The position numbers and the translations under genes are program-made. From the NCBI GenBank assembly GCA_050287785.1, contig JBNKCO010000083.1:198968-262967 (forward strand): a DNA stretch of 64,000 nt. Reading direction: 5' to 3'. Of the stretch, positions 20,623 to 30,521 are shown piece by piece (within the stretch, counting starts at the first letter, position 1; each line of letters begins with the position of its first letter). Origin of the DNA: Bacteroidales bacterium (lineage in GTDB: Bacteria; Bacteroidota; Bacteroidia; Bacteroidales; UBA10428). The notes below the pieces were generated by a model. The model was not told the origin of the DNA and searched no databases. It saw only the letters and a program-made list of their open reading frames with translations.

Positions 20623-21942
20623 TTAATTACTAGGCTGATTATTGCTTTCTACAAAAAATGGAATATTGGCTGTTGCTGACTGATTCTCTGTGTCGCTTAC
20701 ATAGATAAAAAGTCGGTATGCACCTGGTTTTTCAGGAGCCTTGAATTCCACTTTCGATTCACCGTCAATTGCCACTAAGGTTTCTGGTCGTTCCTCAAGG
20801 TCGCCTCCCCAGCCTAAATCTGTACTCTCTGGCATTATTTCCCATTTGTATTTTAAGGGATCATTCTCATGGTCTTTGGCAAATACTTCTGCAACAATTA
20901 TTTCTTGAACTTTCAACTTCACATTATCGTAAGCTGTTAGTTTATTAATTGTCAATAAATCGATTGTTGGACACCGATTTTCTGGCCACTCATTATTCCA
21001 GATATAGTGCATTGCGTCTACAATTTCTGTAGGGTTTCCATTTTCCAGGAACATTCCATACCATGTAGGTGTGCGTTCTTGTTTCTGCCCCCAAATAAAT
21101 GCATAGGAACCCATGCAAAACTCCAAATCTGATTCAATTGATATTTTGTAGCGTTCGATAAAGGATTGTGCCTTTTCCTGACTTGTTGGTTCAATAGCAA
21201 CATTCCAATCAGTTCTCTCAACCTCCCAGTGACCAGTTGCTCCCCATTCAGTAACTAAATAAGGTCCATCCCAGCCAGCGTTTGTTATATGCTTTTCAAG
21301 ATTTACAATCTCTCCATATAATTGAATACATAAAAAGTCAATATCGGTACAATTTTCTTTGATATAATCAACTTCCTTTTTGCCTATTCCCGCCAGAGTA
21401 GTTGTTGTAAGATGATTTCCATCAACTTCATGAATCATTTTCGATATTTCATTCACAGCATCGTAAACCTTCATATTATTTGTACCAAGATTTATTTCAT
21501 TACCAATAACCCAGGCTAGAAGTGCAGGATGGTCTTTATGCTTTGAAACTATGGCTTTTATTGAATCATATTGTTGAGCTACCCATTCTGAATTATTATA
21601 GTCATAGCCATGTCTCTCTCGACCTAGCTTTAGGCCCATTAAAACTTTCACATCATATTTTTGAGCTTCTTCAAGAACTGATTCATAAGAAGGATGATTT
21701 TCTTGATCCATCCAGGTTCTGAAAGAATTTCCACCATTTTGAGCTAAGGCTTCAATATTGCCACCTTCACACCCGGCACCTTTCACATAAAACTCTTCTC
21801 CATCAACATATATTCTATTATGCCCTTGTGAGTTCTTCTTTAGCTCAACTTTTAATGTTTTATTTTCAGATTCAACTGAGTTATTGCAGGCTAACACCCC
21901 AATCGACAAAACTATAATTAGTATAATACTCAACCCCTTCAT
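20623..21942 (-). CDS. Clan GH-A TIM-barrel glycoside hydrolase with a C-terminal Ig-like domain (GH158-like candidate endo-beta-1,3-glucanase), lipoprotein
   Basis: Lipobox (GVLAC). VIGNEINLG (N-E acid/base) and VTEWGATG (nucleophile Glu). The C-terminal roughly 100 aa is a beta-sandwich (KYKWEIMPEST...GAYRLFIYVSDTENQ). Size and architecture fit what I recall of GH158; the family assignment is an inference. Confidence 0.45.
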   Translation of the reverse strand: MKGLSIILIIVLSIGVLACNNSVESENKTLKVELKKNSQGHNRIYVDGEEFYVKGAGCEGGNIEALAQNGGNSFRTWMDQENHPSYESVLEEAQKYDVKVLMGLKLGRERHGYDYNNSEWVAQQYDSIKAIVSKHKDHPALLAWVIGNEINLGTNNMKVYDAVNEISKMIHEVDGNHLTTTTLAGIGKKEVDYIKENCTDIDFLCIQLYGEIVNLEKHITNAGWDGPYLVTEWGATGHWEVERTDWNVAIEPTSQEKAQSFIERYKISIESDLEFCMGSYAFIWGQKQERTPTWYGMFLENGNPTEIVDAMHYIWNNEWPENRCPTIDLLTINKLTAYDNVKLKVQEIIVAEVFAKDHENDPLKYKWEIMPESTDLGWGGDLEERPETLVAIDGESKVEFKAPEKPGAYRLFIYVSDTENQSATANIPFFVESNNQPSN

Positions 21943-21958
21943 AACCCTTTGGTATATT

Positions 21959-23530
21959 TTATGCTTTTATTAATGTTTTTTCTAGTTCCTCAAGTGATTT
22001 ACCCTTTGTTTCCGGTAGTTTTATCAATACAAAAATTAGCCCTGCTACTGCGAATAGTCCATAAATTAGGTACGTTCCAGCACTACCAATATTTGAAAGC
22101 TCCCAAGGGAACAATTGTTGAACAAGAAAACTTACAGCTGAATTCACAACTCCAACTAGTGAAATAGCTAATCCACGCAATCTGTCAGGAAACAGTTCTG
22201 AAAACAATATCCACATTACTGGTCCGAGTGACATGGCAAATGATGCAACAAAGCCAATGATTCCAATAAGGACCAACCAAGAGTTTATAGAGATAGTGCT
22301 GGTAAGAATATCACCTTCATATTTTTTAATCACTTGTGGATCGACAACCTCTGCTAATTTTTGCTTAAATGCAACATCGCTTGAAAAAACACTGCCTTGT
22401 AACTTTGCAATTTCCTTGAATTCGTCAAAATGCTCATGTTTTTCAAGTTCAGCTATTACTTGGGCATTAAGCCTGTACTCGGCCGATTTAAAACTTCCAG
22501 CTAATAAAAACATTGAAATAATAATTCCAATCAATCCAAACGACAATAGGGGCTTTCTTCCTAATCTATCAACAAAAGCAATTGCCACAATTGTAAATAT
22601 CAGGTTTGTTAAACCAATTATTATAGCATTGGCAAAGGAAGCATCGGTGCCAATTCCTGTCTGTTCAAAAATCATTGGAGCATAAAAGAAAACAGCATTA
22701 ATACCTGTGATTTGCTGCAAAACACCTATTACAATTCCAATTGTTAAAACAAACTTCATTGCAGGCTTAAACAATTCAGTAAGTGGAATTTTTTCTTTAC
22801 TCTTGCCTTTGTTTAGTGACTCAAGAATTGCTGTAAACTCTTCTTTAGCTTTGTCTTCACCCTCAAATTTAGACATCACCCGAATAGCTTTATCACTATC
22901 GCCTTGCATGGCCAACCAGCGTGGACTCTCCGGAACAAAAAATAAAAACCCAAAATAGAGTATTGCAGGTAAAGCCTCTAAACTGAGCATCCAGCGCCAA
23001 TTGTTTTCACTTATTTTTAATGAGTTAACCCAACCAGCTTCAGATTCACCCAACTGAAGAATGAGATAATTTGTAAAGAATGCTACAGATAATCCCAATA
23101 CAATATTCAATTGGTTAAAAGACACCAACCGGCCACGCATTTTTGGCGGAGCAATTTCTGCTATATACATTGGAGGTACAATTAGGGCTGCACCTACTCC
23201 AAGCCCACCAATCATTCTGGCAATAACTAAATGAACATAGCTTGGTGACAATGCTGAATATATTGCTGAGATAAAAAACAATGATGCTGCAATTATTAAA
23301 ACTTTTTTCCGACCTAATTTATCAGACAAAAGACCAGAAAACATCATTGCTAATGTTGCAGTTAAAGTTAAACAGGCAACTGCAAATCCGTGTTGAGCAT
23401 CTGTTAATTCAAATTCTATTGACATAAACTTAATTACGCCAGAAATTACAGATGCATCAAAACCCATTAAAAATCCGCCCAATGCAACAATAAAGGCTAT
23501 ATATAAAGAATAAAACTTCGGCTTATTCAT
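21959..23530 (-). CDS. MFS sugar-porter family transporter (monosaccharide:H+ symporter)
   Basis: GFDASVISG, GRKKVL, PESPRWL and PETKGKSLEELE motifs; 12 TM segments. A helical insert of about 70 aa lies between TM9 and TM10. Confidence 0.85.
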   Translation of the reverse strand: MNKPKFYSLYIAFIVALGGFLMGFDASVISGVIKFMSIEFELTDAQHGFAVACLTLTATLAMMFSGLLSDKLGRKKVLIIAASLFFISAIYSALSPSYVHLVIARMIGGLGVGAALIVPPMYIAEIAPPKMRGRLVSFNQLNIVLGLSVAFFTNYLILQLGESEAGWVNSLKISENNWRWMLSLEALPAILYFGFLFFVPESPRWLAMQGDSDKAIRVMSKFEGEDKAKEEFTAILESLNKGKSKEKIPLTELFKPAMKFVLTIGIVIGVLQQITGINAVFFYAPMIFEQTGIGTDASFANAIIIGLTNLIFTIVAIAFVDRLGRKPLLSFGLIGIIISMFLLAGSFKSAEYRLNAQVIAELEKHEHFDEFKEIAKLQGSVFSSDVAFKQKLAEVVDPQVIKKYEGDILTSTISINSWLVLIGIIGFVASFAMSLGPVMWILFSELFPDRLRGLAISLVGVVNSAVSFLVQQLFPWELSNIGSAGTYLIYGLFAVAGLIFVLIKLPETKGKSLEELEKTLIKA

Positions 23531-23566
23531 ATTATTTATTTTTCAAATAAGAACTCAACTGTATTC

Positions 23567-24418
23567 TTATAGATTTCTTTGTTTCTTTTTGTACACTCTT
23601 ACATAATCTATTTCCATTGTCTGAGGAAATGCATTTTCATCGATTCCATGCACTGCGCCCCATGCACCACCTACCGCAACATTCAGAATTAAGTAAAACG
23701 GTTTTTCATATGGCCACTTGGTCCAACCTAAACCTTCATTTTTATATTCAAAATACAGTTTGTCGTCAACGAATGCCTGAATAAGTTCTTTATACCATTC
23801 AAGTGTGTAGGTGTGAAATTCTTCTGTTGCGTCAGCTATTAGGATTGTTCCTGTTTTCTGAGTACCATTCTGCCATTGATAGTCTCTTGAATGTGCCGAA
23901 GCGTGGATCATTCCGGTGTCATACCCAACGTGTTCCATAATATCTATCTCACCTACATCTGGCCATTTACCTTCGCCAAATTTCCAATCGGAAGGCATCA
24001 TCCAAATAGCTGCCCAAGTACCCACACCATCAGGTAATTTAGCTCTAATCTCAATTCTACCATACTGCCAATCTCCTTTCCCTTTAGAAATAAGTCTGGT
24101 TGAAGTGTAATCCATTCCTCCGAATTCTTCCTTTACTGCAGTAATAGAAAGAACTCCGTTTTCTACAAAAGCGTTTTCCTTACGAGCCTTCGTATAATAT
24201 TGTAGTTCATTATTTCCCCAGCCATGGCCACCAACAGCATAATTCCATTTGCTTGAATCTGGCAGGCCTCTATAATCAAATTCTTCGTTCCAGACTAATT
24301 CATAACCGCCAAGTGCAAAAGATTCCTTTTCTATTGCACCTGTGGTTCCAGATGGAGTTGATTTACACGAGGATAATATAACCAGACAACAAAACCCAAA
24401 ACTGCTTAATAATTTCAT
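23567..24418 (-). CDS. GH16 laminarinase (endo-beta-1,3-glucanase), lipoprotein
   Basis: Lipobox (LSSC). Catalytic E-x-D-x-x-E box GEIDIMEH. WPAIWMM-like AIWMMP. GH16 jelly-roll length. Confidence 0.9.
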   Translation of the reverse strand: MKLLSSFGFCCLVILSSCKSTPSGTTGAIEKESFALGGYELVWNEEFDYRGLPDSSKWNYAVGGHGWGNNELQYYTKARKENAFVENGVLSITAVKEEFGGMDYTSTRLISKGKGDWQYGRIEIRAKLPDGVGTWAAIWMMPSDWKFGEGKWPDVGEIDIMEHVGYDTGMIHASAHSRDYQWQNGTQKTGTILIADATEEFHTYTLEWYKELIQAFVDDKLYFEYKNEGLGWTKWPYEKPFYLILNVAVGGAWGAVHGIDENAFPQTMEIDYVRVYKKKQRNL

Positions 24419-24534
24419 TTTCTATTTTTATAGTACCACTTGTTTTCTAAAGAGACATTTGAAGTCAATATTTATTTGTTAATAAATACAACCAATAAAA
24501 AATATTACAGAAATTAAGTATAGTGTTCAAACAT

Positions 24535-24567
24535 CGTTTAGCATGGGTATTTTACCCCTGCCAAACG
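24535..24567 (-). terminator. Stem-loop between susD and the downstream GH16 gene (possible attenuator or partial terminator)
   Basis: Arms cgtttagcatgggt (24535-24548) and acccctgccaaacg (24554-24567) pair at 12 of 14 positions around a 5-nt loop. It starts 19 nt after the susD stop. No clear U-run follows on the minus strand. Confidence 0.3.
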
Positions 24568-24585
24568 ATATCAGACAATTATTTT

Positions 24586-26157
24586 TTATTTATACCCATC
24601 ATTTTGTTCCCAGGCACCTGCCATTAGGTCTATTTCTGCCTGAGGTATCGGAAGAAATCCTTTCGTTGCAGGATCAAAAGTATGCTCGTACAATTGTTGG
24701 TCCTCAGTATAGTTAGGTCCCCGAATACCTGAAACGGTAAACTCAGCTTTTGCTACTTCAATTCCCTGACGCAAAACATCGAAGTAACGGATACCCTCTA
24801 AAGAAAGCTCAAGACGACGTTCTTCCAGAATGTTTTCTGATGTTGCAGGCACACTTGCTAATCCAACACGAGCTCTAACTGTGTCGAGGTACGACTGTGC
24901 GTTTCCACTTCCCAACTCAGCTGCCATTAAAAGTACATCAGAGTATCTTATGACTCTGTGATTACATTTTCTGTTCAATTCAAATTGCCCATCGCTACTC
25001 CAATGTTCAGCATCAGATGAATACTTCTTTGAGTAGTAGCCAGTATGCTGGAAACCTTTTACAAGCTTACCATCTAATTCCGATTCCATTAATACCGTAT
25101 ATTCAAGCCGTGGATCGGTTCCCATATCATCAACTAGTTTCTGACTAACTGTCCCAAAACTCCAACCTCTGTCCCAATTATCAGAACTTGTAACACGAGG
25201 TCCAAGCATTTGAGCCGAAAGATTACCAGACCCGCCTTGTATATAATTCCAATCCCACCAAGGAAGATCATCTCCATAAGAAATCTCAAATACTGATTCT
25301 TTCCCAAACTCTCCATCTAACTTGAAGTTATCCTCATAGTTCTCAAACAAGCCATGTCCACTGCGTTCTATTAAATCCTCAAGCTCTGTAAGAACATCAG
25401 CTTTATTAATTTCATCATCTCCTGCAAATAATTGAGCGTCGTAAACACCATTATAGAATAAATATGTTCGGGCTAGTAAAGCTTTAGCAGCCCATTTGGT
25501 AATCCGTCCAAGTTCATTTGCAGGAAGGTTTTCAGGTAAATTTGGAATTGCCTCGACCAAGTCTAAAGCAATTTGGTCGTATACATCTTTTGGAGAAGCC
25601 AAAGGCTGTGCAAATTCAGCTTTTCCACTTATGGTTGAAGTTAATAGTGGAATATTCTCGAAAAAACGTACTAATTCCAAGTAAAAGTATGCTCTCATGA
25701 ATTTTGCTTCAGCAATTGTGCGAGATTTAAACTCATCAGATGCATCAATCTCTTCTATCTTCTCTAAGAATAAGTTTGCTCTATATATTCCAACATAGTT
25801 TTTCTTCCAAAGTGAATGAACAACTCCATTATTTGTTGGAATTTTATAGGTATTCAACTGCTGCTGTTCAAGTCCGTCATTAGCATCAGATCCGCCAGCA
25901 AAACAATCATCTGAGAGAACATCAGAAACTACAATAATAGGCGCCCAGGATCCGCCAGGCATTGATTGTATAGTTAAGGCATCATAAATAGCCACAAGAG
26001 CTGAATAAGCTTGCTTCTCCGTTTGATAGAAATTAGTTGACACTTCCTTATCTAAAGGTTTTAGGTCAAGAAACTCATCACTACAAGCACTAAAAGTAAG
26101 TAAAATCAAAAGTGCTTTTGCTATAATTGTTTTCTTCATCTTCATCTTGTTTTTCAT
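24586..26157 (-). CDS. susD: SusD/RagB-family glycan-binding outer-membrane lipoprotein
   Basis: Lipobox (TFSAC). SusD-like helical/TPR core (RAYFYLELVRFFENIPL, RRLELSLEGIRYFD). Immediately downstream of susC, with TAATG stop/start overlap. Confidence 0.9.
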   Translation of the reverse strand: MKNKMKMKKTIIAKALLILLTFSACSDEFLDLKPLDKEVSTNFYQTEKQAYSALVAIYDALTIQSMPGGSWAPIIVVSDVLSDDCFAGGSDANDGLEQQQLNTYKIPTNNGVVHSLWKKNYVGIYRANLFLEKIEEIDASDEFKSRTIAEAKFMRAYFYLELVRFFENIPLLTSTISGKAEFAQPLASPKDVYDQIALDLVEAIPNLPENLPANELGRITKWAAKALLARTYLFYNGVYDAQLFAGDDEINKADVLTELEDLIERSGHGLFENYEDNFKLDGEFGKESVFEISYGDDLPWWDWNYIQGGSGNLSAQMLGPRVTSSDNWDRGWSFGTVSQKLVDDMGTDPRLEYTVLMESELDGKLVKGFQHTGYYSKKYSSDAEHWSSDGQFELNRKCNHRVIRYSDVLLMAAELGSGNAQSYLDTVRARVGLASVPATSENILEERRLELSLEGIRYFDVLRQGIEVAKAEFTVSGIRGPNYTEDQQLYEHTFDPATKGFLPIPQAEIDLMAGAWEQNDGYK

Positions 26158-29100
26158 TAGAATGTAATGGAGGTTCCGAATCTTAGAATTCTGGGTTGAG
26201 GATACACTCCCCTATCAATTCCCATATCAAATGAATTTCTATCCTCAATTTTCACTGCAGTTGAACCACTTTTTATTCCAATTTCAGGATCAGCTCCTGT
26301 ATATTTCGTGAAAGTTAATAGGTTATCAACCGAGATATAAAATCGCCAATTTGAACCATGTATTTTTTCCATTATACTTGCTGGAATTGAATAACCAATT
26401 TGAAGGTTTTTCACACGCATGAAAGAACCATTCTCCACATATAAATCAGATACTCTATAATTATTATTAACATCGGACCATGTATATCTGGGCGTTGTAT
26501 TTGAAGGATTATCCAGAGTCCATCTTTCTAAGAGTGCAGTAGTTTTATTAAAATACTGCAAATCCATTCGCTGACTTCCATTAAAAACTTCGTTACCAAT
26601 AGATCCAACTAATAGAAAAGATAAATCAAACTGTTTAAAATTAACAGCTCCATTTACTCCAAAAGTAGCATCAGGCAAGGGATTACCTATTACTGCACGA
26701 TCGTCGGCATCAAGTTTTCCATCATTATTCACATCAACAAAGCGTACATCGCCCGGTACAGCATTTGGCTGCAACACGTTTCCGGTTTTTCCAACATGCC
26801 GAAAAACATCACCTTCTTCTTGAAATATACCATCTGTTACATAACCGTAAAAATTAGCCATTGGCAGCCCTTCTTCAGAGCGTGTTACAGGTCCGGCAAG
26901 CGCCCAAGATGCACCTGTAAGAACTTTTTCCTCATTGGCAATCTCGGTCATTTCGTTTTTATTATATGCTCCATTAACACCAATAGAATATGATAATACT
27001 GAATTAACATATTGTTTCCAATTAATAGAAAGTTCAATCCCTTTATTTGTAATTGTACCTACATTTGAAAAAGATGAACCATTTCCAACATGCCCAGGAA
27101 TTGGTATTATATCAAGTAAATCTTTAGTAACTTTAATATAGTAATCTGCTGTTACTGTTAGTTGATTGTTGAAAGCACCGAAGTCAATTGCTGCATTAAA
27201 CTGTCTTGATTCTTCCCATTTTATATCTTGGTTTTCCATATATTGAGGTGACACTCCAATGACGCGTCCTCCTCCAAATATATATCCCCTGCTCTTATCC
27301 ATTAAAGACACGAAGTTGTAATCACCAATGTTTTCATTTCCATTGATACCCCATGATGTTCTAAGTTTAATGAAGCTTACATTTTTCAATTCGGGTATAA
27401 ACGGCTCATCGCTTAATACCCATGAAAATCCAACAGAAGGAAATATCCCATACTTATTATTTTCACCAAAACGTGAAGAACCATCACGCCGCACAATAGC
27501 TGTAAAGGCATACCTATCTTTGTAGTCATAGGTAATTCTTCCAAAGTTTGAGTATAACGAACTATGAGAAGCTCCTCCATCAGCTTTCCATGTTGTATCA
27601 GTAGCCATACTTAAGTAAACATTATCAGGATCGTTAATTGGCACCTTTGCATTTGAACCTGTTAAGTTTTCCCAGTTTGTTTTTTCGGCAGACACACCAA
27701 GTAAAACAGAGAAGTTATGTTCTCCAATTTTTTTTGAATAATTTATTGTGTTTTCCCATTGCCATTTAAATAGTCTCTGAATTTCCTTGTTTACGGAAGT
27801 TTTATCTACGTTTAACTGTGCTCCATTAAGATAGTATAATGGTTTATATGAATCGATTATAGTATAAAATAAATCAGCACCTAAGCTTGTTGTCAATTTC
27901 AGCCCTTCAATAATTTCTAGCTCTCCCTTAATATTACCTACTAGTTTATCAAGTCTGTCTTCTTTAGTTTGAGTTTCAAGAAGAGCCAATGGATTTACAA
28001 CTTCAGCTCCAACATAATCTGAGATTCCATAAACCTTACCATCCGGAGTGGTAACAACGGGTTCTGAATTATATGGATATTGGTTTAGTAATGCTGTATC
28101 GGTCTCAAATACAGGAGTAAGTGGATCTAAATTCAAAGCACTACTATAAACACCGTTAAACGATTCATTACTTCCAATTCCTCGCTTAACCATATGTGAA
28201 TATGCCAAATTATTGCTGAATGTAAACTTATCTGTTACCTTACTTCGTGAATTCAACCTTGCAGTATATCTGTCGAATTTTGATTTTTCTCCACCTATGA
28301 TTCCCTCCTGTGAGAAATAGGAAACAGAAGATGCAAATGTTGATTTTTCATTTCCACCTGTTACTGAGAGTTCATGACTTTGCATGGGTGCATTTTTTTC
28401 AAAAACCTCATTTTGCCAATTAGTATTATTCCTTGGAATTTCATTTAGATCAAAAGGCTCTGTTAATCCGGCATTTCGAGCTCCCTCATTCATCAACATT
28501 CTGTATTCATCAGCATTAAGCACATCTAATTTCTTAACAACATTTTGTACTGCTCCATATCCGGAATACGTGATATTCGTTTTTCCTTTTTTACCACTTT
28601 TTGTTGTAATAAGAACAACACCATTAGCAGCTCGCGCACCGTAAATAGCGGCTGATGCAGCATCTTTCAGAACATCCATAGATTCAATATCGCCAGGATT
28701 CAAGTAGTCAATTCCGGCAACTGGCATCCCATCAACAATATATAAAGGATTTGCATCTTTAGTAGAACCAATTCCTCGAATACGAACACTAGGTTCTTCT
28801 CCTGGTTGGCCAGAAAGGTTAATAACCTGCACACCGGCTGTACGCCCCTGCATAGCCTGATCAACTCTTAATACGGATGTTGAAGTAATATCATTAGCAT
28901 CGAGACTGGCAATTGCTCCTGTCACCACTTTCTTTCTCTGGGTACCGTAGCCAACAACCACAACTTCGTCTAACGACTGAATGTCAGGAATTAATCCAAC
29001 ATTAATTTCAGTTTGCTCTCCAACAGTTACCACTTCTGTTAAATATCCAATAGACGAAAATGCTAAAACAGCAGATGGGTCATTAATCTCGATTTTGAAA

Positions 29101-29285
29101 TTCCCATCCAAATCAGTTATAACACCAATAGTGGTGCCTTGAATGACTATATTAACTCCAGGAATACTTTCACTTGTTTCCTTGTCAGTAACAACACCAG
29201 TAACGACTTGTTCCTGAGAAAAAACAAAACTGGAATAAAACAATGTGACTATTATAAACAACAGTCTTTTTATGATAGGTCTCAT
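26157..29285 (-). CDS. susC: SusC/RagA-family TonB-dependent outer-membrane transporter
   Basis: N-terminal carboxypeptidase-regulatory-like domain (VTGVVTD...PGVNIVIQGT..G.ITDLDGNFKI). TonB-box/plug (DEVVVVGYGTQRKK). C-terminal beta-barrel ending ...FGTSITF. Start set at the internal ATG 29285 (MRPIIKRLLFIIVTLF). Confidence 0.9.
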   Translation of the reverse strand: MRPIIKRLLFIIVTLFYSSFVFSQEQVVTGVVTDKETSESIPGVNIVIQGTTIGVITDLDGNFKIEINDPSAVLAFSSIGYLTEVVTVGEQTEINVGLIPDIQSLDEVVVVGYGTQRKKVVTGAIASLDANDITSTSVLRVDQAMQGRTAGVQVINLSGQPGEEPSVRIRGIGSTKDANPLYIVDGMPVAGIDYLNPGDIESMDVLKDAASAAIYGARAANGVVLITTKSGKKGKTNITYSGYGAVQNVVKKLDVLNADEYRMLMNEGARNAGLTEPFDLNEIPRNNTNWQNEVFEKNAPMQSHELSVTGGNEKSTFASSVSYFSQEGIIGGEKSKFDRYTARLNSRSKVTDKFTFSNNLAYSHMVKRGIGSNESFNGVYSSALNLDPLTPVFETDTALLNQYPYNSEPVVTTPDGKVYGISDYVGAEVVNPLALLETQTKEDRLDKLVGNIKGELEIIEGLKLTTSLGADLFYTIIDSYKPLYYLNGAQLNVDKTSVNKEIQRLFKWQWENTINYSKKIGEHNFSVLLGVSAEKTNWENLTGSNAKVPINDPDNVYLSMATDTTWKADGGASHSSLYSNFGRITYDYKDRYAFTAIVRRDGSSRFGENNKYGIFPSVGFSWVLSDEPFIPELKNVSFIKLRTSWGINGNENIGDYNFVSLMDKSRGYIFGGGRVIGVSPQYMENQDIKWEESRQFNAAIDFGAFNNQLTVTADYYIKVTKDLLDIIPIPGHVGNGSSFSNVGTITNKGIELSINWKQYVNSVLSYSIGVNGAYNKNEMTEIANEEKVLTGASWALAGPVTRSEEGLPMANFYGYVTDGIFQEEGDVFRHVGKTGNVLQPNAVPGDVRFVDVNNDGKLDADDRAVIGNPLPDATFGVNGAVNFKQFDLSFLLVGSIGNEVFNGSQRMDLQYFNKTTALLERWTLDNPSNTTPRYTWSDVNNNYRVSDLYVENGSFMRVKNLQIGYSIPASIMEKIHGSNWRFYISVDNLLTFTKYTGADPEIGIKSGSTAVKIEDRNSFDMGIDRGVYPQPRILRFGTSITF

Positions 29286-29357
29286 AAGTTTAACAATTAA
29301 ATAAGTTAAGATTTGTTGCAATTTTTAGTTGCTGTTATATCTTATTGATAGTTGCTT

Positions 29358-30467
29358 TCATTTTTTTTGAAATACACGTATATAGTCCACTTTCATTTTT
29401 TGTGGAAAAATTGTTGTGTTGTCTGGATATCCGGGCCAATTGCCACCTACTGCCACATTAAAAAGAAAAAAGTACGATTGATGAAATTCGCTTAATTCAG
29501 CAGGAGTTATATCAATGGTATTGAATTGAATATCGTCAACATACCAAGTAATTTTTGTTTCATCCCAAATAATTGAAAACACATGGTATTTGTCATTAAA
29601 TGTTTCTGTTGTTAAAGAATGGCTTTCTCCACTGCTTGCATGTTCTCCATTATCATCCCAATGCAATGTACCGTAGACTGTATTTTCCCGGTTATTTCCT
29701 CCAAGCATTTCCATAATATCAATTTCTCCACATTGGGGCCATCCAACTGATGAAATATTTCCTCCAAGCATCCATAAAGCAGGCCATATTCCTTGTCCTT
29801 CAGGAAGAAGAGCTCTAATATCTACTCTTCCATATTTAAAGGCTCGCTTCCCTTTAGTTATCATTCTGGTTGATGTATAAGAACTGCCTGAGTAGTCTTC
29901 TTTTCTTGCTTCAATAATCAATGTACCTTTCTCAACCCAAGCATTTTCCTTGCGATAATATTGCCACTCGTTATTACCCCATCCTCCAGCACCTGTTTCA
30001 AATATCCAGTCAATAGAATTAATACTTGATTCATTAAACTCATCACTCCATACTCTGTCATAGCCATCGTATTCAAGGGGCGTTTCATAACCATCTCCAA
30101 TAGATATAGTATCATCGCCAACAGTTACTGTTATTTGTCTTGTTTCTTTTATGTACCTGCCGGATTCGCCATATGCACGAATCTGAATACTATAACTACC
30201 TGTTTCGATAAAAGTATATTCTAAGACTCCGGTTTCATTGCTTTCAATAAGTTCCTCCTCGAGACCTAAAAGAAACCTGTATTCTATAGTATTATCAGCA
30301 TTGGCTGAAATGTCTACCAGACCTGAGCCATCTTCTGACACTGTAATATTTACAATCAGGTTCTCCGGCTCCAAAGAAGTTTTACTGACTTCTTTTTCTG
30401 AGCATGATGCAAATACAGCTGTAAAACAAAAAACTATTATATATGTAACCTGCTTAATCATATGCAT
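29358..30467 (-). CDS. GH16 laminarinase with an N-terminal Ig/PKD-like module, lipoprotein
   Basis: Lipobox (VFASC). N-terminal beta-sandwich of about 100 aa, then GH16 with GEIDIMEM and WPALWML. Start set at the internal ATG 30467. Confidence 0.85.
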   Translation of the reverse strand: MHMIKQVTYIIVFCFTAVFASCSEKEVSKTSLEPENLIVNITVSEDGSGLVDISANADNTIEYRFLLGLEEELIESNETGVLEYTFIETGSYSIQIRAYGESGRYIKETRQITVTVGDDTISIGDGYETPLEYDGYDRVWSDEFNESSINSIDWIFETGAGGWGNNEWQYYRKENAWVEKGTLIIEARKEDYSGSSYTSTRMITKGKRAFKYGRVDIRALLPEGQGIWPALWMLGGNISSVGWPQCGEIDIMEMLGGNNRENTVYGTLHWDDNGEHASSGESHSLTTETFNDKYHVFSIIWDETKITWYVDDIQFNTIDITPAELSEFHQSYFFLFNVAVGGNWPGYPDNTTIFPQKMKVDYIRVFQKK

Positions 30468-30521
30468 ATTAAAAAAACTAAGACCGGATAACCCGATCTT
30501 AGCCATTTTATATTAAGGTTA

